A stretch of 62,418 nucleotides of DNA, the filler included, from Squatina squatina (Eukaryota): assembly GCA_031763465.1 (NCBI GenBank). It is 4 parts of 4 records of this genome, joined end to end, with 100 filler letters (N's around TTAATTAATTAA, not from the genome) between each part and the next. Parts side by side here need not be neighbours in the genome. Positions count along the whole stretch, not along the records: positions 36,061 to 49,722 come from JARFOE010000004.1; 3 more parts are not named here. One strand, written 5' to 3'. Position 1 is the stretch's first letter, and the number at the start of each line of letters is the position of its first letter. The notes under the pieces were generated by a model, which was not told the origin of the DNA, searched no databases, and worked only from the letters and a program-made list of their open reading frames with translations. This document shows positions 37,977-49,822 of this stretch, one piece after another. The position numbers and the translations under genes are program-made.

Positions 37977-39519
37977 ATAAGATCAACAGAAAATGTATTT
38001 TGTAAAATGTAGGGAAGAAACAGCATTCATGTAAATTAGAGGTTAATGAAACAATTGTTTTGGATGTCTATGAAAATAAATATACTATCTATTTTTGTAA
38101 CCGTACTCCAAAAAACTGCAAAAACTTAGTTTAACATTTTTTGATTCAACAACGGATTAAAATCATACAGTATTGGAAGAAAAACCATTGTCTCAGGATT
38201 AGCATTTAGCTGCCAGTATGCCTTATAGGCTGTCTCTCTTATTTTTCTTTGTTAAATGAGTTTTGTAATTTTTCTTCAGAAGCAAGTTAAGGTGCTACTG
38301 TGTTGTAGCTACTGATTGTAGATCGGTAGACACATTATTCATTTACTGTCAGTGCCTGTTTCCAATTTGGGACGGACAAGTCCAGGAACGAAAGCTTTAC
38401 ATGCACGCTTACAATTATGGACAAGGCAAAAATGTCAGCATAGTCTGTTTGGAGTTCTGCAACTTTTATCAGCTTTGCACTGATATGAATGTTGTTTTGC
38501 AACGATAAAGTTGCAGCATAAATGCACCCTTCGACTATATATCTTTGTTTCTGAGAACCTCTGGAGGTTTCCCCAGTCGTCTCAACCTGGTCTTACTTTA
38601 GTTGCAATGTGATCCCTCCCGAGGGAATTCAACCTCCGGTTCTCGATGGCTGTTGTTATTTGCAGAACAAAGTAGTTCAGTTTGTCACAAATGTTAGTAT
38701 TAATTTCCAAGCATTATCAAAAGTGGGCTAACTTGTCTTGAGCGTTTAATAAGCTTGCTTCTTGGTGTTTCATGATCTGTCCTGTTCAACTTGAAAATTT
38801 ACATTTTATATTTGTGTGCGTTGTTTTACTTGTAGCCAGTACCTATTTACCCTACATACAACAAGTATTTCACAGATTATCTGTTTTGTTTTATTTCTCA
38901 GGATGTGTCCAGTTATTTGCTGCTAAACTTCTGCCATTCCATCATTCTCTTATGTTTGTGTTAATGGACTGGCTTGAAAATTTACCCCTGTCAGGAGTGC
39001 AGAATAAGTCTAGAAGTCATGATGTATTTAAAAAAAAAAGTTTTATTTCTGATAAATAGTACTGTAATAGCAATGGCTGTATCTGAAGTTAATTTGACAT
39101 TAGAAATGTGACATTAGCTACTGAGTTGCATGAGTGGGTTTGCAAGATGAGGAACGTCTAAGGGAGTACTTTTCATTCAATATACTCATTATAGATGATA
39201 AGGGTCTCGCAAGAAAGTTGCTGCTGAAGATCAACGAGTCGGGTATCCCTCCCTGTTGGGCTGTTCGTGATGTTAATTGCAGAAAATGACCCCATATGTT
39301 TTGGAGCAGCTTCCATGCTAATAGTAGGAAGCAAAATTTCCAACTGGCCTGAGAGAGGCTTTGCCTGTAATCTCTGTGCTGTTTAATTGTGAACTAGGGA
39401 TCCAAGTAGATGTATAATTGACAGTCAAATATCATCATACAAATCAACATTTTGGACAGAAGTGAAAGGTGAACCGCCCATTTTAAAATTCGCTTCTCTA
39501 TTTAGGCAATGGTCTAATT

Positions 39520-39775
39520 CAGGCCTCTTGAGCATCCCCAATTTTCTTCACCACACCATTGATGGCTGTCCCTAAGCTCTGAAGTTCCCTCCATGAAACT
39601 TTCAGCCTTCCCTTTAAGATGCTCCGTAAAATCTACCTCTTCGACCAAGCTTTTTTGTCACCTGCCTACGATCTCCTTATACATGGCTCAGTGTCAAATT
39701 TTGTAAGGTGAAATTCCGGTGAAGCTCCTTGGGACATTTTACTATGTTAAAGGCAGTGTATAAATGCAAGTTGTC
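39520..39775 (+). mobile_element. L2 LINE 3' end
   Basis: aagctctgaagttccctcc...aaaatctacctcttcgaccaagctttt...gtgaagctccttgggacattttactatgttaaaggcagtgtataaatgcaag. Confidence 0.75.
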
Positions 39776-40177
39776 CTACAGAAGGCTGCGAATTTACACG
39801 GGTTCCCTGAACTCCTCCGACTCTGCTTTGTGGCCGTCTGTTGCTGGCGACACTCTGGAGTAGCTCCAAGAGGCTTGTGGGATCGACAGGGTTAAATGGC
39901 GGGTACCCGCCATGTTCATTATCCAGTCTTTTGTATTGTGCATGAACATTTCAATGAACATGTCCCCATCCCCAACTGGCAGCAACACCTCTTAGAAGTG
40001 ACTAGAAAAACTAAACATTGTTATCCTGCCTCTTACAACAACTTTTGATTGAATGCTAAGAGAGGATGTACCTGGCCCTACAGGGCATCTTGTGTGATAA
40101 ATGGTAGGATGACTTGCAATGGTGGGATGGTTCAACATCTGTATTGAAAACCTAAATCAGAAGTAGACGTCATATTA

Positions 40178-40305
40178 TACAGAATGTACAGCCATTCGGC
40201 CCATCTGGTCTATGCCGGTGTTTAGCTCCTCACGAGCCTCCTCTCACCCTAACCCTTCTATTCCTTTCTCCCTCATGTACTTATCTAGCTTCCCCTTAAA
40301 TGCAC
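40178..40305 (-). mobile_element. CR1 LINE 3' end
   Basis: Reverse complement of the tail type at 20385-20580. Confidence 0.75.
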
Positions 40306-41747
40306 TCTTCCCACAGTTTGCCAACAAGTTAAAACGGACTTGAGGTTGAACTGTTGTAAGTTAAAACGTCAATTACTTTCCTAAACAGACATAGTGCAAG
40401 GTTAAAACGAGGATCAATGCATTTGAAGACACTGATTATTATTTTAGCAATGAAGGCAGATGAGACAATTAGTAAACTGTGGTGTCTGCAGGCTCCAGTT
40501 CTCAAAATTCAGTTGCGCTGTCATTTCAGATTAAAAGAAAGAACAATCATTTTTAACTTGATCAAATCTGAGTTTTCATAATGACAACACCTGTAAAATG
40601 TAATTTATTTTTTGTTAACTTTGCACATAGTGATGGCAATGACCTACAACAGGTCAGGCGCAAAGCATGTTGATTGCATGACTGGGCTTTCTTGGCAGTG
40701 CCGTGTCGTGTTCAAGACTGTATCAAGTAATTACATGGGCATTCAGCAGAGGGAGCCTCATTCTAGAAATAATCCCATCATTCATTTGGTAAGCTGCTGT
40801 TTAAGGAATCANNNNNNNNNNNNNNNNNNNNNNNNNNNNNNNNNNNNNNNNNNNNNNNNNNNNNNNNNNNNNNNNNNNNNNNNNNNNNNNNNNNNNNNNN
40901 NNNNNNNNNNNGAGAAGTGGTGGTGAGGTAGAGCTGGGTATCATTAGCGTGCATGTGGAGACCTCAATAACATAAAGCCTGAAGCAAGAATAGATCATCC
41001 CCCATTAAGCCTGTTCCATCCAGAGACTATGCATGATTATTCTATTATGGATTTCCCCCACCAACAGCTGCTGAGCCCCTGATCTAAGCAACACTAAGGT
41101 TCCTTCTGTGAACTTGCCTGGAAAAAAAAAGGCCGCACTATGAATATTTCAATAACTCTAAATCCCTCTTCTCGACAGATATCAAAACAATGTGTCTTAA
41201 AAGTGTCAATTGACCCTGAAATGTTGCTATCTTTGTGAATCTGCTCCCTGGTTCCACTATTCTGTGGGTATAAAAATGCCTTTGCATATCTGTAACCTTG
41301 TGGGAGTTTGTGATCTATTGGGTTCCATTTGAAGACTACACTATGCGGTTAGATTTATAAGTTAGAGCTCAAAGTAAATGTGCCTGGAGGAAGATCCCAA
41401 TCATGCTCAAACAATAACTTTTCTTAATCATATATTCCATGAATGGGCCAAAGGTGTTCTGACGTGCCCTGCTCTCTAGTCAATAAGAAACATTTATTTT
41501 GGCTCAGTAGAATTTTTAGATGTTATGAAAGATATTTTACAGCACCAATAAGGTACTTTGCAGGGGAATTTTATCCTATTTTAACAATAGTACAGCAAAT
41601 AGAATATGCTCCACGTAGAAACTTGAATTTTACAGTACAGAGGGGATCATTCAGCCCATCATTCCAGTTCTCTGAAAGTTCTATTCACTTAGTCCCATTC
41701 TGATGTAATTTCCTTACACCCTTTTAAATTTTCCTTTCTATTCCAGT

Positions 41748-41830
41748 ACATAAGAACATAAGAAATATGAGCAGGAGTAGACCATTCGGCCCCTCGAGCC
41801 TGCTCCACCATTCAACCAGATCATGGCTGA
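41748..41830 (-). mobile_element. CR1 LINE 3' terminus with (CATAAGAA)n tail
   Basis: acataagaacataagaaatatgagcaggagtagaccattcggcccctcgagcctgctcc. Confidence 0.85.
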
Positions 41831-44002
41831 NNNNNNNNNNNNNNNNNNNNNNNNNNNNNNNNNNNNNNNNNNNNNNNNNNNNNNNNNNNNNNNNNNNNNN
41901 NNNNNNNNNNNNNNNNNNNNNNNNNNNNNNAAACACTGTTTGTATGTCATAATTTACTGCCTGTGGTAGGTTACACTACTTACTTATATTAAAAAAAAAT
42001 GCATTTTTGCGTGGGCAGAAATTGAAGGCAATTACCAACAAATGACTGTCTAAAAGGGCCTTAACACCTGTCAGGTAGAAAATCATGCCCAAGGCCCTAA
42101 ACCATTCCAGCCCAGTATAAAACAAATTTGTTAATTCCACGTAGAATTTTATTTTATCTCACTTCATTTCAGGTTGCCTCACTCTCGTTGTTACACTGGC
42201 TTGAAAGGGCAGAATCTATTCTAGGGTTTTTGCATAATCCTGCTCACTTCCTCAATGGAGAGCTTTTGAAGATATTTGGAACACAGGTTATCCCTTCAGA
42301 TGTGGAATCTGAATTCAGTCAAAATCCAGTTTGTATCAAATGCTGCCAAGTAAAGCACTTGTATTCAGGCAGCATTGTACTTCAGCTAGTCAGTTACATC
42401 CCAACATTAAGTTGGAAATTGTCCTCAGCCCTTTCTCTCCCCACCCAAAAAAGTAAAGTACTAGTCATGTATAAGGTGTTTTAGAATTGCTAGTTTAAGG
42501 TGATCTGGAAATTTAATGGAGCTCACTTGTAGACTTGAAGTCTGGGCTGACCAGATTCATCAGATCACAGAATGGCTCTGAATAAATCTGCTCCCAGGCT
42601 GCCTTCGACCAGCCATTCTAGAGCCTAAAACAGTAATGAAGTAGAGCACCACTTTAATTGGCCAATATAGTACAAAGCATTTCCCTTTAGTGTCACTAGA
42701 AGAATTTTATTAATCTCATTTTAAATATCCCTTCAGGACACCTAACCAAAACCATTTTTGTACAATTTAGTAATGAAATCTGTTTTATTCAGTTATGAAA
42801 TAAATTTGAATGAACTTACTGCATGAAGACAACAATGTTGTGGACCTTGATTGATGGCATTGTGCAAAAGGTGCTGTGAAAGGAAAAAGCCACACTGGTC
42901 AATAAGTCAGAATAATTCACTGCACTGTCCCTTTCAGCCATGGTAACTGGAAGGAATGTTACGAGTCACAGGTCACTGAGCAGAGCCCTTCAGCACAAAG
43001 GCTACATAGCAACAAGATTACTTCCCATTGTCACAGCTGATCTTGCTCAAGGTTAAAAAGTGGACTACTTTCTACCAGTGTTCTCTTCCCCCAAACATCA
43101 CAATATTAAGAAAAAAGTTGCAGGCAAAGAGATTAAAAGTTACTGTTGAGTCAAATAGATAAAGTTTAAAACTTGACTTAATGCTTCAGCACCTCAAAAA
43201 TAATTCGGAAGGGAAAGTAACCAAGTCCAAGAAAAGTGGCTGTGCGAGAGAGATTGTTCCCCACTTCACTTCCCAGCACATATCCGTCTGTGGGACTTTG
43301 TAGACTGGTCTTTTGCGACCTTTTAGCCCAATGATTAAAAAGGTGTTCCCTCCATTCTGTTCTCTAGTTTTCCAAATTTGACAAATATTTGAGATAACAG
43401 GCTTGGCTCCTTTTCTTGATGTGGCTGTTTTCTTTCAACTTCTAGCAGGTCTGATTAAGGGGGTCTGACGGACAGAGTTAGCTCTATCATCCAGTAATGT
43501 AACAGTATGCCCAGAACAACTTTCTAAACCACACTAATGGAGGTGACTAGCTGATAAACTATTTCAGAGCCCTTTTTCCTCCTATCTTCTACCGGTAAAA
43601 GCAAAACTCACTCTTACTCATCCTTCTGAAGGTCAATACATGTATATACTCCTGGCTCACCTAATTTCACCACAGAGCTCCATCTTATTCATTACTGGGT
43701 ATTTATGCAGAAAAGGAAAATTAACAGCACTGTCTACATTTGCTGACAAACTGTTATAGTCCATCCAATTAGAAATGTTAACTTTGTACTCCAATTCTGA
43801 ATTCATAGCCCAAGTTAAAAGGAGTTTAAATCTGGATCTTCCATCACTTTCATTTTTGAACAGATAAACTTATATCGTTCCTAGTATAAGGCACACAAGT
43901 GGCTTAGCAATCCAAGTCGAACTGGATTCACTTTACGCTCCACTGGGCCTCTCTCCTCTGCCAAAATTGTCCAGTTATCTAGGATCATCTTGGACAGCAA
44001 AG

Positions 44003-44148
44003 ATAACCACAGCTTCTTAAACCCCTTTCTGCTCTGCCCTTGTCCTCCAACAATAACCACAGCTTCTTAAACCCCTTTCTGCTGCCCTCGTCCTCCAACA
44101 ATAACCACAACTTCTTAAACCCCTTTCTGCTGCCCTCATCCTCCAACA
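44003..44148 (+). repeat. Tandem triplication of a 48-50 bp unit within an L2 fragment (L2 relic extends ~43960-44600)
   Basis: ataaccacagcttcttaaacccctttctgctgccctcgtcctccaaca x3. Confidence 0.9.
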
Positions 44149-44994
44149 AGTGCAAGGAGCTAATGGGTTTCCATCACCACGATAGAAGCCATTCATTCAG
44201 CTGCCCCTGCTTCTTCAGTCCTACATCTTCCCCAAGCCAAACTTGCCCCCAGTCCGCTCTGAACTCCCAACTCTAGTTTCTTTCCCATCTTGTGTCCTCT
44301 CCAATTCCATCCAGTGCACGAGTACGAGTCGCACTTCTTGACCTCTTCCCCACTAAACTGATGACCTAACTTCCCTTCTTGGCCCCCATACAAACTGACA
44401 TGATAAGTGGTTCGCTCTCCACAGCCACTGTTCCCCTCTCAAAATTACTGTCATTCAGCACCCCCTCTGTCCTTGCAAACTCCTGCCTCATCTCCAACCT
44501 CCCTTTCCCAGGTCTTTAAAACATTGTTGTCTCCTTAAAACCCACAACTTTATCCCAGCCTTGTATCACCCAATCCAATGTCTCCTTTGGTTCAGCATCT
44601 ATTTTCTTTAATCCTCTTGTACACCTTAGAATATTTTTCTACATTAAAAACATTGTATAAATACAAGTTGTGTTCATTAAAGGAAAGTCTAACAATTTCA
44701 GTTTTCTAAGTCTCTTCATAAGTTGCGCTTGTGCTAGAATTTTATTGCTAAAACTGCAACAAATTCAAAGGAAATCTACTCTGGCAACTGAATTTGACCA
44801 ACTGCCTGCACCAATTCAAATTAGGTCAAAATAGATANNNNNNNNNNNNNNNNNNNNNNNNNNNNNNNNNNNNNNNNNNNNNNNNNNNNNNNNNNNNNNN
44901 NNNNNNNNNNNNNNNNNNNNNNNNNNNNNNNNNNNNNATAACTGATGTACCTTTGTTGCACGCATTTCTAATTTCCTGTTTGATGCCATCCCCA

Positions 44995-45054
44995 ACCTCA
45001 CTACTACTGTTAGGACCTCACTACTACTGTTCGGACTTCACTACTACTGTTAGC
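44995..45054 (+). repeat. 20-bp tandem repeat x3
   Basis: acctcactactactgttagg / acctcactactactgttcgg / acttcactactactgttagc. Confidence 0.9.
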
Positions 45055-45209
45055 CCACCTAAGTCCCCAAGTTGGGGCAAGTAGTCCATCCCTAATCAGA
45101 GCTGCCTGGTCATCACGACCACAGCCAGACTCTCAAAATGATGGCAATAGCTCTTCACGAGATTGCATTGAATTTGTACTAACCATCAGTCTAAAGTGAT
45201 CATGCCACT

Positions 45210-45284
45210 ATGGGGGTAATTTTGACTTTGTGCGTTTGTGTAAAACAGTTGATAGCAAATCTGGAAAGTCAAAATTACCCCCAT
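45210..45284. mobile_element. Miniature inverted-repeat element, perfect 20-bp arms
   Basis: atgggggtaattttgacttt (45210-45229) is the exact reverse complement of aaagtcaaaattacccccat (45265-45284). Confidence 0.8.
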
Positions 45285-45419
45285 GTTGTGTTGACTGCAC
45301 CAAAAGTTTCAATAGGTCACACCACGCTGGAAGCTGTACAAACGTCCTGGTACCTAAGATCAACTGTATCAGATAACTTATCTTTAGATCAAATTCAAAA
45401 TTGTTATATCAGCATTTTC

Positions 45420-45825
45420 TAGTTAAGGAAGCTATTAGCTTTCAAATTATTCTTCACCTTGAAAATTCTGGTCTATTCCATGATTGTCAGTGTGGATTTC
45501 ACTTTGGCAAGTCCACTGGTGATCCTGGTGCCTATGTAATGCACCTTCGAAATTCTGTCCTTGAGCAATTTGGTGGATCATCTGTCATTCCCTTGGAAAT
45601 CTCCAAAGCCTTTGATAGGTTCTGGCACTGTGTCCCAATAAATAAGTTATCATCAGGTGACCTTGAAGCACAATGTTGTCCGTGGCTATCTAGCTTCCTT
45701 TCAAATGCCTCTAGCTGTAATGTAATTGAAGGCTCATCCTTTGACCCTTTCTCCATTAACTCAAGAGTTCTCCTGAANNNNNNNNNNCTCCAACGTTGCT
45801 CTTTATTCATACCAATTACCTCTTT
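45420..45825 (+). mobile_element. Decayed non-LTR RT fragment, CR1-Zenon/Jockey-like
   Basis: HLENSGLFHDCQCGFHFGKSTGD...LEISKAFDRFWH...WLSSFLS. Confidence 0.8.
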
Positions 45826-45834
45826 AATCATTAT

Positions 45835-46126
45835 ATATCCTGAAAGACTGAGCAGGTTGGAGCTATTTTCTCCAGAAAAGTGAAGACTGTGAGGTGACCT
45901 AACAGAGATCTTTAAAATTATAAAGGGGCTCGATAGGGTAGACATAGAGAGGATGTTTCAACTTGTGGGGAGGAGTCCAAAACGAATAAATCCGGTAAAG
46001 AATTCAGGAGAAACTTCTTTGCTTATGGTGAGAATGTGGAACTCGATACCACATGGAGCTGTTGATGAAATGAGCATAGATGCACTAAAGGAGAAGCTAG
46101 ATAAGTACATGAAGGAGAAAGGAATA
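45835..46126 (+). mobile_element. CR1 LINE ORF2 3' fragment
   Basis: YPERLSRLELFSPEK*RL*GDLTEIFKIIKGLDRVD...VRMWNSIP. Confidence 0.85.
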
Positions 46127-46987
46127 NNNNNNNNNNNNNNNNNNNNNNNNNNNNNNNNNNNNNNNNNNNNNNNNNNNNNNNNNNNNNNNNNNNNNNNNNN
46201 NNNNNNNNNNNNNNNNNNNNNNNNNNTGGTTATGATATGAGTGCACTCCACAGTGCAATAGCCCAGGACTCGGTGTCAAAGCTCCTACATGGCAATATAT
46301 TGCAAGATGGCTGATGTCTGTGGAAAATGTACTCCAGCAAAGAATTAATACCTTCAAGTGAGAAAACTAGCAGGAAAAGAGAAAAATAAATGTTTTGAGC
46401 AGAACAGCCACTGAACTAGACACCAGAGTAAGAGTAGAGCAAGCTGACTTGGCCTCTCATTTTTTCCCCCATTACTTCAGGGAAGTACCTAACTTCTTGT
46501 ATCAAATATCAACTGATAGAATATGCTGTTGGACTGACTGTTCCCTACTTGCTGTTGATAACTGTTTTCTTGGTTCTTGTCAATCAAATCTGAACTAGTC
46601 TACTGCACATTACATGCAGCAGTTGTAAGCCCTATCAGTACTGTCGAACACAAGCTGACAAATGATGCCAACCAAGGAGATTAAATTAAAAAATGCAAAC
46701 ATAAGAAAAGAAAAACACCTCTGTCATGCTCCTTGAATTCATGTCAGCCTTGGTCACAGTTTCTGCAATCTCACTGACCAAGGCAAACAACATCCGCTTA
46801 AAAGTCATTGCAGTTGTTATAAGGCAACTCGGATACTTTGCCCTAAGCAATATTTCTTACAGTTTGACAGGAATGTTAAGTCCACAACGTTGGTTATTGA
46901 AAAGATGTTACAAAAAAGTTAATTACAAAGTATTGTGCTCAACATTAGCACGACCACCAACAGTGACTCTGTTAACTCCGAAATAAA

Positions 46988-47170
46988 GGGCTCCCCATTG
47001 GCTCAGTGTGTTTATCCAATGGATAGCTGGACTATACAAGGAAGTCCCAATCCAATTGTTGATGTGTGCCAACTGACCCCCGCGAAGCAAGTGGTAGAGG
47101 TGACACAATTGGCACTGTGTGCCTCTGAATTAGGGAAGGGAAAATTATCCAGTCCTCTTGCTCCTGATTT
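46988..47170 (+). mobile_element. Old tRNA-derived SINE relic
   Basis: A-box-like tggctcagtg head; related segments at ~37125-37330 (+) and ~32760-32985 (-). Confidence 0.45.
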
Positions 47171-47738
47171 TTTTTTAGAATTGTTACATTAACTTTACTA
47201 TCGGAAAGCTCGCAAACGTATTGCTGTAACATAATTTACAAGTTAGTGCTTGCCTACTCACTTTTAATTTTGTCTTTCTGATAAGGCAAAGCTGAAAAAT
47301 TTCAACACCAATCTGTCTGCTGAGGGATANNNNNNNNNNNNNNNNNNNNNNNNNNNNNNNNNNNNNNNNNNNNNNNNNNNNNNNNNNNNNNNNNNNNNNN
47401 NNNNNNNNNNNNNNNNNNNNNNNNNNNNNCTGCGGCCACCCCAAAGTCATGGCTTTGAATGCTCTCCATTGGTAAGCAGCCTTGCAGGGGTAGGGGGAAT
47501 CTTCATGGAAGGTAAATAGTTCATAAAAATTGGGAATACTTTTGAGTAAGATAATACATTCCCCCATAGACTTTAAGGATTGTGGTTAATGAAAGTAATT
47601 TGTGGGTTTGTATGTAGAAGCCTTGCAATCCTGGATTAAGAGTGAAGAAGAAAATGAACAGAACTGTTCAAGATTATTTAGAATGTGAAAACTTGTAAGT
47701 TTGACTTTATTCTGATTTCCTTCCTCCCAAAAAAATAG

Positions 47739-48386
47739 GTTACGGATTTATTGAAATCGCAATACGGTTATGAAGAGTCTGCTGTTGACCTGGTTATTGA
47801 GAAGTTTAATACTAAGTTAGAGGAGCATTTTGATTCCTCTACGGGGATAAATGTCGATGAAGAGCGCACATTACTTTGGGAACAGGCTATACAAGAAACG
47901 TGTGGACGTGAACCAGACAATGGTTTGGCTAGTGAATGTTATTCTGTGTGGAAAACCGCAAGGCTCCGACACATCCACATCCCAGATGAGGTGAAGACCA
48001 TGCTGAGGAAACTGCGTCAGTCCTACAAGTTGCTTTTGTTAACCAATGGGAGCTCCACGGTACAAAGGGAGAAGATTAATATTTGCCAGTGTCAGCAATA
48101 CTTTGACGCAATAGTTGTAGGCGGTGAACACCAGGAGCAGAAACCAGCTCTCTCTATATTCCAGGAATGCTTTAGGCTCTTGAGAGTGAAGCCTGAGGCC
48201 TGCGTGATGGTCGGTGACACTCTAAAGACAGACATTGAAGGCGGGGTGAATGCTGGCCTTAGTGCAACTATCTGGATAAACAGTACTAATCTAAAGCCTG
48301 AAAGCGAAGGCGCAGTGCCTGACTACACTGTGAAATCTGTACTAGATGTTCTGGATATTTTGGAAAACATTAGATTTAAAGTTTAA
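47739..48386 (+). CDS. NANP: N-acylneuraminate-9-phosphatase (HAD superfamily), large terminal exon
   Basis: aaatag|GTT acceptor, open to TAA at 48386; HAD motifs II (LLLTNG), III (EQKP) and IV (MVGDTLKTDIEGG); motif I would lie in the missing exon 1. Confidence 0.95.
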   Translation, partial: VTDLLKSQYGYEESAVDLVIEKFNTKLEEHFDSSTGINVDEERTLLWEQAIQETCGREPDNGLASECYSVWKTARLRHIHIPDEVKTMLRKLRQSYKLLLLTNGSSTVQREKINICQCQQYFDAIVVGGEHQEQKPALSIFQECFRLLRVKPEACVMVGDTLKTDIEGGVNAGLSATIWINSTNLKPESEGAVPDYTVKSVLDVLDILENIRFKV

Positions 48387-49090
48387 CTGGATATAGCAGT
48401 CTCCTCCTGTTTGTGTTCTTTGTGCAATTTTAATGGGGAAAATGTTTAGAAATAAAAGTTTATGGATGTATTCTGTAGAATTTCCATCTTAATTAGCGGC
48501 GCGATGCCTAATGTTTGCAAGAACATCATACTATTACCCAAAACAGATGATAAATAATTTAACTTTTTCCAAAAACAAAATCTAAAAACAGTGGGTCTTA
48601 AAATGTTAAATTTTAAACTTAATGGTGGAAGGTGTACAAGTGCTTTAGATATTTTTTTAATTTTAGTGGTGGTAGTTTTATGGAATGGTTGCAGCACGGA
48701 AGGAGGCCGTTTGGCCCATCAAACTGCTATCGAGGCTAATATTCAATTTAACAAACAAAAATCAATTCAAAGAGATGCATTGAAGGAAACAAAATTGCTT
48801 TAGCTCTTCGGAGCATTAATTTTGTCTCTAGAATGTATCATTGCAATGTCCAGATAGAGCAGAGCAGAATGGAAGATGTTCTTCTTCACATTTTATTTGA
48901 TATGATCTGAGTTTAGATGGGGTTGTGAAAGATTGTGCAAGTTTGTTTTAATTTCTATTTTGAAACTNNNNNNNNNNNNNNNNNNNNNNNNNNNNNNNNN
49001 NNNNNNNNNNNNNNNNNNNNNNNNNNNNNNNNNNNNNNNNNNNNNNNNNNNNNNNNNNNNNNNNNNNGCAGCAAATTAATTTTTACTTAC

Positions 49091-49344
49091 TTATAGTACA
49101 TCACAAAACTATCCCCGGTGTTGAGATTCACGTAACTATAAAACGGATCACCATAGTCCAGTACAGCTCCAATAGATGGCAGTCCATCATCATCGAGTTT
49201 CTGTGCTGTTCGCTTATCGCCAGGTTTGAAACCGAACACAAAGTTGCCATCACTTTGTTTAACTTTTTGATCAAGGTCTATCATTTCAGTCTTATAAACA
49301 CTTCCATGGGCAAATCCTCGCTCCCAAGATGCCTTGTTGACAAT
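49091..49344 (-). CDS. POLR1B: RNA polymerase I second-largest subunit (RPA2), internal exon (254 bp)
   Basis: atacag|ATT...TAA|gtaagt; [24 protein letters not shown]...[28 protein letters not shown]. Confidence 0.95.
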
Positions 49345-49722
49345 CTGTATATTAAAAAAGACATGCTGTTAGAACCAGAAATGCATACAACTAGTTCAAC
49401 ACATAAAAACATTTCCCGAAGCTAAGTTCCATTTCCCCCAAACTTTTTATCATTTTACCAACAATACTTAATAGCAATAATCAGAATTACTAGGCGGTCT
49501 TTTTTATTATGTAATGTTTTTGAATTACGATGGATTGAGATAAGGAATGTGTGAGGAATGGAACAACTTCCATTTCATGCACCAGTACCAGCATCAAGCA
49601 CTTGCAAGTCAGATATAGCACAGTTAGATGCAGGCTAAAGCTCCCTCTATGCTGCCCCAACAATGCATCTCAAAGCAAACCTCGGAAACTGAACCAGTGT
49701 GTCAATTTCCATTTCCTACACC

Positions 49723-49822
49723 NNNNNNNNNNNNNNNNNNNNNNNNNNNNNNNNNNNNNNNNNNNNTTAATTAATTAANNNNNNNNNNNNNNNNNNNNNN
49801 NNNNNNNNNNNNNNNNNNNNNN
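49723..49822. other. Artificial scaffold linker N44-TTAATTAATTAA-N44
   Basis: Same linker as at 22178. Confidence 0.97.

Noticed and set aside
42173-42286. Plus-strand exon-like segment VASLSLLHWLERAESILGF...
   Set aside because: No recognisable homology, weak donor (gttatc), and it overlaps the better-supported minus-strand candidate.
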